This document shows positions 1-9,732 of a stretch of DNA of 64,000 bases, piece by piece. The DNA is from a virus. Lineage: Duplodnaviria > Caudoviricetes. The notes below the pieces were generated by a model. That model searched no databases. It saw only the letters and a program-made list of their open reading frames with translations, and was not told the DNA's origin. The number at the start of each line of letters is the position of its first letter. Position 1 is the first letter of the stretch. The stretch is taken from the IMG/VR virus record IMGVR_UViG_3300021959_007005. One strand, given 5' to 3'. Made by a program: the position numbers and the translations under genes.

Positions 1-136
1 TCCAAATTTCTGTAAAGCTAGACTCACGTGAATTACCAACACTATAATCATAAGATGCTAAACAACAGGGATAAACTTTGCCATTAGCAAAAGCATGTAA
101 GTGAATCCATGGGAGTATACACATGTTATCTTTCAT
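1..136 (-). CDS. Twitch/SPASM-domain radical SAM protein, N-terminus only (runs off the left edge; absent from the ORF track)
   Basis: Manual translation from the ATG at 136 gives MKDNMCILPWIHLHAFANGKVYPCCLASYDYSVGNSRESSFTEIW. This is the same C-x2-PW-x-H...G-x-V-x-PCC start as the neighbouring paralogues, and the start overlaps the stop of the preceding gene. Confidence 0.85.
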   Translation of the reverse strand, partial: MKDNMCILPWIHLHAFANGKVYPCCLASYDYSVGNSRESSFTEIW

Positions 137-1298
137 CATAACTCTCTTTTATAATGCTATAAAGCTCTGGAAATGTTTGTATGAAAGATTCTTTACGGTA
201 TTGGTCTGCTCCTCTAGTTTCTTGTACAAAGTTAGTAAATTGTTGATGGTCACCTGGTTGTTGTAAATGATTAACAATAGGTACAAGTGACTCGTCTGTT
301 AATTCATTTGAAATTTTTGATTTATACTCTTGTGGTATGTGCCTAATATCGTAGTGTTGTGGATAATAAACTATGTTATTAAAGATATATGTGTCAGGGA
401 ATTGGTTTAAGTATTTGTGAATCCTAGGCAGATAGTATATGTTTAGTGTACTAATAGTCACAGTAAAACTAATACCTAGTCGTACTCCCTGACTTTGTTG
501 AAGTTCACTAAACTTTCTAATATTATCGTCTGCTAGATTCCAACTTTTTCCATGGCGTATATAATTAAAATGATCTCCTATACCGTCTATACTAATGTTA
601 AGTCCAACTGTCTCGAAATTATCCAGCATTTTGTTTACAAAATCTTCATCAAACACTGTAGCGTTTGAACTAAAATTAAGACTAATATGTTTACTATTTC
701 CATTATCAATTAGCATGTTTACGAGTTTTCTAAAGTCTTTACTGTACAACGGCTCACCACCCATTATTTCTAATCGTTGTACTGTTTTACTCCAGTCATC
801 CAACTCAGTCCACATCTTACTTGTAATTTTATTGTTAAAGTCTACAGACATCTCTCGATGATCAAATTTGTGAACACGATCATTCCACTCAGTATTCCAT
901 TTGGTACTGTGTGTCGGGCCACAAGTTCTACACTTTAGATTACAAACATTACCAATGTTTATTTGTAGGTCTTTGGGTATAACTTGTAAATTATTATAAT
1001 CTACATTTATATTAAACGTCTTAAAGATATCATTGTATATTAAACGCTTACTTTGTTTACCATTACGTTCATCATTCCAACAAGTATTACAGTTACTAGG
1101 ATATTTTTCCTCTAACATATCTTTTCTAAGTTGAATCATAAACTCTGAATTTATAATGTCGTGTATGCTATCATCAGCAACATTCATTTTACGTTGGTCT
1201 TGTACAATAAGATCTTTAGCAATACAACAACTTCTAACAAACCCACTAGGCTCACTACTAGTATGCCCCCATGCTAAAGCACATAGATTCTTATTCAT
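126..1298 (-). CDS. Radical SAM protein with N-terminal Twitch/SPASM-like domain
   Basis: CNLKCRTC (CxxxCxxC) and MGGEP motifs; N-terminal CALAW...RSCC...CNTC. The start is moved to MNKNL (ATG at 1298), which overlaps the upstream stop (ATGAATAA). Confidence 0.9.
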   Translation of the reverse strand: MNKNLCALAWGHTSSEPSGFVRSCCIAKDLIVQDQRKMNVADDSIHDIINSEFMIQLRKDMLEEKYPSNCNTCWNDERNGKQSKRLIYNDIFKTFNINVDYNNLQVIPKDLQINIGNVCNLKCRTCGPTHSTKWNTEWNDRVHKFDHREMSVDFNNKITSKMWTELDDWSKTVQRLEIMGGEPLYSKDFRKLVNMLIDNGNSKHISLNFSSNATVFDEDFVNKMLDNFETVGLNISIDGIGDHFNYIRHGKSWNLADDNIRKFSELQQSQGVRLGISFTVTISTLNIYYLPRIHKYLNQFPDTYIFNNIVYYPQHYDIRHIPQEYKSKISNELTDESLVPIVNHLQQPGDHQQFTNFVQETRGADQYRKESFIQTFPELYSIIKESYDER

Positions 1299-2685
1299 AT
1301 CTACACCACCAGTCATACAACTCAGGGTCAGCACGATAAATGTCTTTTAATCTAAACTGTTCTTGTCTAATTTGATCTAACCTATCTTGATAACCTTTAC
1401 CGTTCTTAAATTTTTGCTCATGTGTGTCTGGAAATTGTTCAGCAAATGTCGGACGATTTTTCATTTCACTAAGTGTATTTACAAGAGTCATTTGTCGATG
1501 TGTAGCACGTGGTTCCATATACGCAAGTAATTGATCAATTTTACGATCTAATATATGCCTTGGCCATGCAAACGGACTCATTACAATGTCAGGATGAAAT
1601 GCAAACATAATTTTAGTTTCCATACTTACATCTAATTCTAAACTTAAATCAAATAAGTCACGTAAACTAAACATACCTGGACCAGTAATAGTTAAATCAA
1701 AACGCATTTTTTCTTTGCCGCCAGGTAGTGCTAATCCTTGCTTAAAGTTATCAAGCCATTCTTCCCATACAATGCCTTTGCGAATAAACTCTACAATATC
1801 TCCTGTACCATCAATGCTTGCACACATTAGCCAATCTTTAAACTGTGGTAAGTAATCATACAAGTTTTTTCCCTTGAAGTCAATCCTTGATAAATTACTA
1901 TTATAACGCAAGTAACAATTTTTCGCACTGCCGTTACGGGTCATTTCTTCTAGTGCCCACCAATGCATATCATACATTAGTGGCTCGCCGCCTACCCAAT
2001 ATATTTCTTCTACAATACCATCACTGATAGCTTGTTTAAATTCAGGCTCAGCTACATGCTTTTGGAAGTTATTCATTTTCTTTTTAACTTCAGGAATCAT
2101 AAATGGTTGGTGTTCAGGGCTCCATAAATCATGTTTCTTTTTTTCAGCTTCCCATGCACTGCTCAATTGCTCGCCGCACATTCGACATTTAAAGTTACAC
2201 AAATTACTATAACGATAGTCAAATGATATAGTAGGCATAGTTGTATAGCCATCATCATCTGTATTATCAAATGCTTCTTGTATTTTGTCTTTGAATAAGA
2301 CACCAGTGAACCATTTACGATATGAACTTAACGACAATGTATCATCATTGCATACATCACATTGACTAATACGCTCTCCTGCCATTAGTTTTTTTCGTAT
2401 GTCACGCATGTATTCACTGTTCCAATGTTCTTCTAGTGTAAGTGGATTAAACTTATCAGCGTCTGTCTCACTTTCACGTATTTCGCCATACTTTTCGTCA
2501 TTGGTTGCATCTATATATTGTTTTTGAAAGGCGTGTTCTTCTCTACTGGCACAACATAATCTGCGCTCTCCTTGTGGACTAATATAGGTGTGTGTCCACG
2601 GTGCCATACAAAACGTTTTGTTTTCACTATCTGCCGCACAGCTTCCATCGTTATTCCATTTTGGTTTAATTTTTGTCAATATCAT
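1291..2685 (-). CDS. Radical SAM protein with N-terminal Twitch/SPASM-like domain
   Basis: CNFKCRMC and VGGEP motifs; N-terminal CMAPWTH...RLCC...CDVC. Confidence 0.92.
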   Translation of the reverse strand: MILTKIKPKWNNDGSCAADSENKTFCMAPWTHTYISPQGERRLCCASREEHAFQKQYIDATNDEKYGEIRESETDADKFNPLTLEEHWNSEYMRDIRKKLMAGERISQCDVCNDDTLSLSSYRKWFTGVLFKDKIQEAFDNTDDDGYTTMPTISFDYRYSNLCNFKCRMCGEQLSSAWEAEKKKHDLWSPEHQPFMIPEVKKKMNNFQKHVAEPEFKQAISDGIVEEIYWVGGEPLMYDMHWWALEEMTRNGSAKNCYLRYNSNLSRIDFKGKNLYDYLPQFKDWLMCASIDGTGDIVEFIRKGIVWEEWLDNFKQGLALPGGKEKMRFDLTITGPGMFSLRDLFDLSLELDVSMETKIMFAFHPDIVMSPFAWPRHILDRKIDQLLAYMEPRATHRQMTLVNTLSEMKNRPTFAEQFPDTHEQKFKNGKGYQDRLDQIRQEQFRLKDIYRADPELYDWWCRYE

Positions 2686-3883
2686 ATTCCATAAACTCAG
2701 GCCATAGTTTTTTCCAACTGTTATTTCTTCTTATATCTAATTTAGATAGAAATTTTAACCCGTTTCTAAAATGCCATAACTCTGGCTCTGCACTATTCAT
2801 ATGTTCTAAGCAAGCATCTACTACTTTTCTTCTTTCATCAGCTATATCTAAATTATCTCTGTACTCTGAAAGTTCTGTAGTATACATATCTTTGATAGGT
2901 TTGGGTAAATTAACAGATGAAAATCGTTTAGGCTCTACTGCCATATTATATGTAAACTGCTGACTTCCCTTAGGCGCACGCCAATGAAATGGGTCCACAT
3001 GCATCTGATCAACAAGATAATCTAAGAATTTTGGTATATTCCTTATGCTTAAATTTGTTATTGTAATTTGTGGAAGTACATGTACTTCTGGCATTTCGTT
3101 TTTTATTGTGTGCCAGTTTTTTACAATCTTCTCCCAATTACTTCCGTAGCGTTGATACTCACCAATGTCGTCGACTGCATCGATACTTGCTCTTATACTA
3201 ACCCATTTAAATTGTTTCCATAGGTCTAGTATATCTATTTTTTTGTATTTTAGTGTTGACAAGTTAGTGTTATACTCAAGTTTTATATTAGACGCCAATC
3301 CTCGGCGCACTACTTCATTTAATAATGTGTAATGATATGGTGTCATCAAAGGCTCACCGCCTGCAAAGTAAATTACTTCTAGTTTGTTATCAACAATTGT
3401 TAAAATGTCTTGCTCTGTATTATTGGATAGTGTAATAAACTTACTGGCACCCTCTTTTACTTGATATTTTAGTGCAGATCCGTCTTCATACCAACTACTA
3501 CTAAGAGCATGCCCACACATTACACAAGCCATATTACACATATTACTACTTCGAATATCTAAATATCTTAATGCAAAGTCAGGTGTTGTATTTTCGGTTA
3601 TTAACTCGCCGTAATCATTATTCAACCGTGTTCTTAGACTGTTCCCATTTCCAAATTTTTCTTGATTATAACAAAACTTACAAGCATCTTGTAATTTACC
3701 ATCGAGAAGATCTTGTCTAAAATTACTCGCAGTATCACTTCGCCAAGCATCTTGCACAGACATTTCATTTGTATTTCCATAGTTAATACTTTGTGCAGTA
3801 CAACAAGGATTTACTTGACCGTCTGGGTGTATGTATAAGTGTACCCAAGGCGCAGCGCAAATTACTCCATTATCTTCTTTCAA
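2666..3883 (-). CDS. Radical SAM protein with N-terminal Twitch/SPASM-like domain
   Basis: CNMACVMC and AGGEP motifs; N-terminal CAAPWVH...DGQVNPCC...CKFC. Confidence 0.92.
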   Translation of the reverse strand: MKEDNGVICAAPWVHLYIHPDGQVNPCCTAQSINYGNTNEMSVQDAWRSDTASNFRQDLLDGKLQDACKFCYNQEKFGNGNSLRTRLNNDYGELITENTTPDFALRYLDIRSSNMCNMACVMCGHALSSSWYEDGSALKYQVKEGASKFITLSNNTEQDILTIVDNKLEVIYFAGGEPLMTPYHYTLLNEVVRRGLASNIKLEYNTNLSTLKYKKIDILDLWKQFKWVSIRASIDAVDDIGEYQRYGSNWEKIVKNWHTIKNEMPEVHVLPQITITNLSIRNIPKFLDYLVDQMHVDPFHWRAPKGSQQFTYNMAVEPKRFSSVNLPKPIKDMYTTELSEYRDNLDIADERRKVVDACLEHMNSAEPELWHFRNGLKFLSKLDIRRNNSWKKLWPEFMEYDIDKN

Positions 3884-5412
3884 ACTTCAACTCCACCTAA
3901 CGCATCCGTTTTTGTATCCCATCCGCCTATTGCTTCGTGTTCGTCATCACCACCTGTATATTCTTCAGTAGTGGCTGGATCACCAGCTCTATCATTTACA
4001 AAGATAGTTTCTTTATTTTCGATTTGTTTACGAGTTGGCACAATTGCATCAATACTTTCAAACCATTCAGCAAATGGACCTGGAAAAGTTTCTACAAAGT
4101 TTTTATTTCTACGCACATCATATTGGGCAAAGAATGCTTTAAAATCGTTGTATAGTTTAGGCATATCTGCTGTGTTTTTGTGAGGAGTTTTTACAATGTC
4201 CAAATAGTCTATAAGTCGCTGTACACTAGCACGTTCTCCATCATTTAACATTTGTTGAGGGCGTTCACTGTTAAACCATAACTGTAGCTTATCTTTATAG
4301 TGACGCTTAATTTCTACTGGAATAATTGCACAACTTTGAAAACTAGGAAAACGTAAAATGTTTAATGTCATAGTAGGCGCACGACGACCATAAGTTTCAC
4401 GCAAGTCTAACATTTCGTCCATAAACTCTGTAATAGTAGTTAAGCACAATGAATTGATTGTCATCATCATATGTAATTTAGATACATTTGATTCTTTAAG
4501 AACACGATGAATACTACTCATCCATAAATCATAATCTAGTCCATCACGTATATATTCTGCTTGTGGCTTTGTCGCTTCCATAGATGTGTAGATTTCAAAG
4601 TTAGGAACATGCCAAGACTTTTCAATTAACTTGTCTAGTACCTTAGGTGTTTGTGGCGACAAGTTACTATTAATAGCAAATCTCATTTGTCTGCCTCTAT
4701 AAGGATTCTGCTCGAACCAATCGAACAATTTCCACGTGCCTTTATGCATAATAGGCTCGCCGCCGGTAATACGAATTTCTTCAAGGTTGTCTGCTAATCC
4801 GTTCTCCCACCATTTATGAAATGCTTGTATGTATGGGTTGTCTTCTTGTTTCTTTGTTGCTGGTTCTGCCCAAGGAGCAGTATCTGAGAAATGACCACGA
4901 CCGTCACTTTGAATATTTTGATAAGCACCATAGTCGTTGATATCTTTAACCCAAGCTGTACTAAATGCTGGATTACAGTATGAACATTTTAAGTTACAAG
5001 CACGATCAAAAGAAATTTCAAGTGTACGCAACATAACATTGTCGTCCCACGGCATCTCTGTACTTTTGGTTATATCTTCGTCTTTGAAAATTTCAGTTTT
5101 AAACACACGATCACTGATGTGATCCTTACCCATGTCTTCAACTTTCCAACAGTATTCACACTCAGCAGGTCGTTCGCCTTTGAGCATCATTTTTCGCATT
5201 TTTTTCTTATGAGATGTATTATGAATAGCAGTATGATCTTTTTCAAGTTCATCCAATGGGATCCAATGTCCTGGTGGGTGATGGCAACTAGTAGTTTGTC
5301 CATGACCTAACCATATAGTAGCATTATACCACTTAGCCGCACAATAACTAGTACTAATACTATCAATCATACGTTCTTTATATGCCTGTAATGATTCGCT
5401 GTGTTTACGCAT
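3880..5412 (-). CDS. Radical SAM protein (KW/SCxHP subfamily)
   Basis: CNLKCSYC and TGGEP motifs; N-terminal CAAKW...TSCHHP...CEYCW. Confidence 0.92.
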   Translation of the reverse strand: MRKHSESLQAYKERMIDSISTSYCAAKWYNATIWLGHGQTTSCHHPPGHWIPLDELEKDHTAIHNTSHKKKMRKMMLKGERPAECEYCWKVEDMGKDHISDRVFKTEIFKDEDITKSTEMPWDDNVMLRTLEISFDRACNLKCSYCNPAFSTAWVKDINDYGAYQNIQSDGRGHFSDTAPWAEPATKKQEDNPYIQAFHKWWENGLADNLEEIRITGGEPIMHKGTWKLFDWFEQNPYRGRQMRFAINSNLSPQTPKVLDKLIEKSWHVPNFEIYTSMEATKPQAEYIRDGLDYDLWMSSIHRVLKESNVSKLHMMMTINSLCLTTITEFMDEMLDLRETYGRRAPTMTLNILRFPSFQSCAIIPVEIKRHYKDKLQLWFNSERPQQMLNDGERASVQRLIDYLDIVKTPHKNTADMPKLYNDFKAFFAQYDVRRNKNFVETFPGPFAEWFESIDAIVPTRKQIENKETIFVNDRAGDPATTEEYTGGDDEHEAIGGWDTKTDALGGVEV

Positions 5413-5454
5413 ATGTTTACTTGTCCTTCATTCTATAATACTTCTATTTAATTT

Positions 5455-6993
5455 CTAAGATGATGTATAACAATCATTCCACCAACCACTAAGCTCTGGA
5501 AATACTTCAATAAAGTTTGTATTTCTTCTATCATCAATTTGATTAAAATATTCCCAAAACTGTTTCTGCCGAAGTTGCAATTCATCTTCACTAATCGATT
5601 CTGCTCCCGACTTAATCCATGCAATGTCCCTTTTAACTTTTTCAATTTCATGATCTAAAAATCCATGAAAAGTTGTATCATAATCTTCTTTAGCTCGATT
5701 ACTTTCCATAAATTCTACAGCATCTTCCATATACTTCATTACCTCAGGTATATAATGTATGTTCTGTGCAGACATCCATGTAGGCTGCCTAAGATAAGGT
5801 ATATCAAAATATATACGTTGTCTCTGATATCTCACAAATGGACCTCGGTGTTTTCCTGTTTCATCAATAGGAGAATCATTTACAATATTTTGATTATCAA
5901 ATCCAAACTCTACTCGAAGATCTAATATCATTTGTAAGTATTGTTGTATTCTCGGAATACTTAGTAAGTTAAATGTGTTAATAAAAGTGACACTAGTTCC
6001 TGTAGTCTCAGATAATATGCGCTTTGTATTATTTAACACGACATCATAATCCATACCAGTACGAATATATTCAGCTTGTTCTCCTACACTATCAAAACTA
6101 ACAAACAAATTAAAATGTTTGATAGCAGGTGCAACAAAAAAGTTATTATCAGTATAAGGATTAATTTTATTTTTATCTTCCCAGATCCTTGTTGTTTCTA
6201 TCTCTTGAAGATGTTCAACAAATTTATCAAAAAGTTTAGGTTGAGGAGGACACATATTACTAGTAATACTAATTTCAATATCTTGATTAGGATTGTCGTT
6301 TACATATTTTAATACTTTGAATGTATTTTTATCCATGAGAGGTTCGCCACCTGTCATACGAAATATCTTCAAATCTTTGTATAGGTCAGGCCACCACTTC
6401 CAAAATGCTTCCACATATGGGTTTTCTTTTGCAGCGCCTTTAATCGGCATCAGTCCTATTTTGTCTAAATGTTCTTTATCATTATGCACAAAGTCTGTTA
6501 AGTGGAATGCTCCATGATCGTCAATCTCTTTTTCCCATTCAGTACTCAAATGCGGACTACAATATGTACACTTGAAGTTACATGCTTGATTAAAATTTAC
6601 CTCTACGTAACGTGGATTAATGTTTTCATCCCAACTGCCTTCCAATACCTCATTCCAGCCGTCAGTTCCTACCCATTCTTCCCCACTTCGATAATGTCTA
6701 TCACTCAGATCCCCTTGATCTTCTAATTTCCAACAGTAACTACATCCTGCTGGCCTTTTACCTTCAAGCATTTCTTTACGCTGTAATGCTTTTTCTTGAG
6801 TATTGTGTAATGCCTTAGGATTATTTTTTAACTCACTAAGCGGTATTTTATGCGTAGGTGGATGATAACAGCTCTGAGTCAGTCCTTGCGGTAAGTGCAG
6901 ACTAACTTGTAGCCACTTAGCCATACACATGCTGGGACTAATATCATTTAGCTTTTCTTTAGTACGTTGTGCATTAGAAAGATAATCTTTCAT
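5455..6993 (-). CDS. Radical SAM protein (KW/SCxHP subfamily)
   Basis: CNFKCTYC and TGGEP motifs; N-terminal CMAKW...SCYHP...CSYCW. Confidence 0.92.
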   Translation of the reverse strand: MKDYLSNAQRTKEKLNDISPSMCMAKWLQVSLHLPQGLTQSCYHPPTHKIPLSELKNNPKALHNTQEKALQRKEMLEGKRPAGCSYCWKLEDQGDLSDRHYRSGEEWVGTDGWNEVLEGSWDENINPRYVEVNFNQACNFKCTYCSPHLSTEWEKEIDDHGAFHLTDFVHNDKEHLDKIGLMPIKGAAKENPYVEAFWKWWPDLYKDLKIFRMTGGEPLMDKNTFKVLKYVNDNPNQDIEISITSNMCPPQPKLFDKFVEHLQEIETTRIWEDKNKINPYTDNNFFVAPAIKHFNLFVSFDSVGEQAEYIRTGMDYDVVLNNTKRILSETTGTSVTFINTFNLLSIPRIQQYLQMILDLRVEFGFDNQNIVNDSPIDETGKHRGPFVRYQRQRIYFDIPYLRQPTWMSAQNIHYIPEVMKYMEDAVEFMESNRAKEDYDTTFHGFLDHEIEKVKRDIAWIKSGAESISEDELQLRQKQFWEYFNQIDDRRNTNFIEVFPELSGWWNDCYTSS

Positions 6994-8175
6994 TTAATGT
7001 CCTTTAATATTTTATTTTTTGGCAGTCTTTCCATACTGCACTTAGTTCAGGGAAAGTTTTAACAAAACTTGTGTTACGTCTGGAATCTAGTTGTTTAAAG
7101 TAATTATAAAATTGAAACTTTCTATTTTTTGCATCGCCTAATTTAATCTTAGAATTTTTAATAATTGAAATGTTTCTTTTTACTTTAGCTATTTCAAACT
7201 GTGTAAACCCTAATCCTTGCTCCGTCTCTTGGTTTTGCTGCATAAACTTAACACAATCGTCTAGAATATCTAGCATATCTGGATAAAATACAGCAAAGTC
7301 TGCATTCATCCAAATTGGTTCTCTGAGTAGTGGAATATCAAACCAAATTCGACATCGATCTTTACTTTCACTAAATTTCATTTTAAGTTCTAGTATATAC
7401 TCTAAAAAATGTTTGAATCCAGTGATACTTAAAAAATTGAAAGTGTTAATAAAAGTTATCTCACTGTTTTTTGTATTACGTAAAAACTTATGTACGTTAT
7501 CTTGAAACACTTGCCAATCTAATCCATTACGTATATATTCCGCTTGTTTTCCCACACTATCTATACTTGCAAAAAGCATAAAGTTTTTGATTCTGGGAAC
7601 GTTTAACATGACTCCCTGATTGCCTTCTTCATCGCTTGGTGGTGCACCTAAGCACTTCCATTCTAGATTTTCATCTGGTTTAAACCAAATAAGTGTATAC
7701 AAAAAATCTCCATGTTCGGTTCTGTTTCTACTGTCAAATTCTAATCCAATATCTTCTAGTGTTAAACGCTGTTTTTTTGGATCAATAGTAGGATCGTCTA
7801 CAGTAGAGTCATCTAATACAATAGCCCTTTGCCAATTCTGCCAATTAATATCTGGATCAGATTCAGCAAAATAAGTAACTTCTTTTAAAATTCCACGATC
7901 AATCCAGTCATTATAAACTTCTTGTGTAATATCATTTTCGATATTTTTAATATTAGTTATAAACTGATCAAAAAGTTTAGGTTGAGGAGGACACATGTTA
8001 CTAGTAATACTAAGCTCAAGTAATTGATTAGGATTCTTGTTTACATAATCTAATACTTTGAATGTATTTTTGTCCATAAGGGGCTCACCGCCTGTCATGC
8101 GAAATACTTTAAGATCACTATATAGGTCAGGCCACCACTTCCAAAATGCTTCCACATATGGGTTTTCTTTTGCAG
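6380..8175. repeat. 55-nt identical direct repeat (6380-6434 and 8121-8175) within two paralogous radical SAM genes
   Basis: tataggtcaggccaccacttccaaaatgcttccacatatgggttttcttttgcag occurs at both positions, 1741 nt apart. Confidence 0.9.
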
Positions 8176-8746
8176 TGCTTTTAATGGGCATTAGTCCTTT
8201 ATCAACAAGTGAATCAATATCATTATGTTTATTATAGCCTATATTAACTGGGCCGAATTTGTCAATCTCTTTTTCCCATTCAGTACTTAGATGAGGACTA
8301 CAGTAGGTACATTTAAAATTACAACTTTGGTTAAAGTTTACTTCCACATAATGAGGATTAATGTTTTCATCCCAACTGCCTTCTAAAACTTTATCAAATC
8401 CAGATTGCGCCCAGCCTTCTCCACTTCGATAATGCCTATCACTCAAATGTCCTTGATCTTCAATCTTCCAGCAATAACTGCATCCCGTGGGTCGTTTTCC
8501 CTCCCACATTTTTTTTCTTTCAAGAACTTTATGTACAGTATTGTGAAGTGCTCGTGGATTATTTTCAAGCTCAGATAATGGGATATTGTGTACAGGAGGA
8601 TGATAACAACTTTGTGTAAGTCCAGCGGGTAAATGTATACTAACTTGTAGCCACTTAGCTAAACAAAAACTGGTACTAACAGAGGACAATTGTTGTTTGA
8701 TTTCATCTTCGCCGTCAAGATTACGTGAAATTGAAAATTTAGCCAT
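7004..8746 (-). CDS. Radical SAM protein (KW/SCxHP subfamily), close paralogue of 5455-6993 with a large insertion
   Basis: CNFKCTYC and TGGEP motifs; N-terminal CLAKW...SCYHP...CSYCW; long stretches identical to the 5455-6993 protein. Confidence 0.92.
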   Translation of the reverse strand: MAKFSISRNLDGEDEIKQQLSSVSTSFCLAKWLQVSIHLPAGLTQSCYHPPVHNIPLSELENNPRALHNTVHKVLERKKMWEGKRPTGCSYCWKIEDQGHLSDRHYRSGEGWAQSGFDKVLEGSWDENINPHYVEVNFNQSCNFKCTYCSPHLSTEWEKEIDKFGPVNIGYNKHNDIDSLVDKGLMPIKSTAKENPYVEAFWKWWPDLYSDLKVFRMTGGEPLMDKNTFKVLDYVNKNPNQLLELSITSNMCPPQPKLFDQFITNIKNIENDITQEVYNDWIDRGILKEVTYFAESDPDINWQNWQRAIVLDDSTVDDPTIDPKKQRLTLEDIGLEFDSRNRTEHGDFLYTLIWFKPDENLEWKCLGAPPSDEEGNQGVMLNVPRIKNFMLFASIDSVGKQAEYIRNGLDWQVFQDNVHKFLRNTKNSEITFINTFNFLSITGFKHFLEYILELKMKFSESKDRCRIWFDIPLLREPIWMNADFAVFYPDMLDILDDCVKFMQQNQETEQGLGFTQFEIAKVKRNISIIKNSKIKLGDAKNRKFQFYNYFKQLDSRRNTSFVKTFPELSAVWKDCQKIKY

Positions 8747-8751
8747 AATGT

Positions 8752-9732
8752 CTATTCAATACTGTCGTTGACTTGTTCTTCACGTACCATTGCACCCAAT
8801 CTATGTGGATTCTTGTATACGGTCTTAAAGAATCTACTGCCAACCCTTCCCATATCTGCAATTTCTAAGTCTAATACTGAACGAAGGTTTTCGCCTATCT
8901 CTATAGTTTTTGCTGTTACCTTGTCAATATCCCATGATACACCAGTGTTTACACACAATTCATTTCCGCCCTCAAACTCTGGGAATAACTCAGTTGTAAA
9001 GTAATTACTAAGCCAATCAAAGTCACGCACATTTTTCCAATCCCATGCATTACGTTGTATATTAGTCATTTGGCATCCAAGTCGTGCACCATACATTGCC
9101 CAAATTCCATTAGTAACGTCTTCGCCAACACTCATCCATACCATCAGTCTCTTATAATTTTCACGATATATGTGTTTAAGTTTTGCAGGATCAACTACAT
9201 TGCCATCTTCTAGTCCCATCTTAACACCTTCACGAAACCCTGCACGCCAAGCCTGTAGTGGGCTACCATTGTTCATTACATCACAGTAAATATTATTCAT
9301 TTGTACATAGTTAATATTCCAACAAAAGTCAACCTGTGCTCTTTTATCACTTGCAGGGGCGGCTTCATGTGTACGCATACGGTTAACAACATCAACGGGC
9401 CAACATTTAATACCGCCGTTACCATATACCAAACCATTTACTGTATTTTTACCTGCCCAACTAATGACGTCATTGCTTTTGATTCGGTCCATATCAACTT
9501 CTACATTGAAAAAATCTTCTTTTACTACATTATCAGCATCAATAGTAATAAATCGTTCAGTGTCACTCATAGCAGCGGCGGCTTTATGTGCGGCGTCACT
9601 TCCCCATACTCCATGACTTCGTTTAGCCCAAGGCGCCTTTTCAAGTAAGTCTGAATAATTTTCATCAGCATTAGGCTCGTCATAGCTAATAAAAATTATA
9701 TCAAATTCAGTAATTGGTACTAAATTTGTCAT
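8752..9732 (-). CDS. Glycosyltransferase family 2-like (GT-A fold) protein
   Basis: N-terminal FDIIFISYDEPNA strand-helix and a DxD motif (ITIDADN). Confidence 0.7.
   Translation of the reverse strand: MTNLVPITEFDIIFISYDEPNADENYSDLLEKAPWAKRSHGVWGSDAAHKAAAAMSDTERFITIDADNVVKEDFFNVEVDMDRIKSNDVISWAGKNTVNGLVYGNGGIKCWPVDVVNRMRTHEAAPASDKRAQVDFCWNINYVQMNNIYCDVMNNGSPLQAWRAGFREGVKMGLEDGNVVDPAKLKHIYRENYKRLMVWMSVGEDVTNGIWAMYGARLGCQMTNIQRNAWDWKNVRDFDWLSNYFTTELFPEFEGGNELCVNTGVSWDIDKVTAKTIEIGENLRSVLDLEIADMGRVGSRFFKTVYKNPHRLGAMVREEQVNDSIE

Noticed and set aside
5448-5651. 67-aa minus-strand ORF overlapping the end of a radical SAM gene
   Set aside because: It is an out-of-frame overlap with no motif or RBS.
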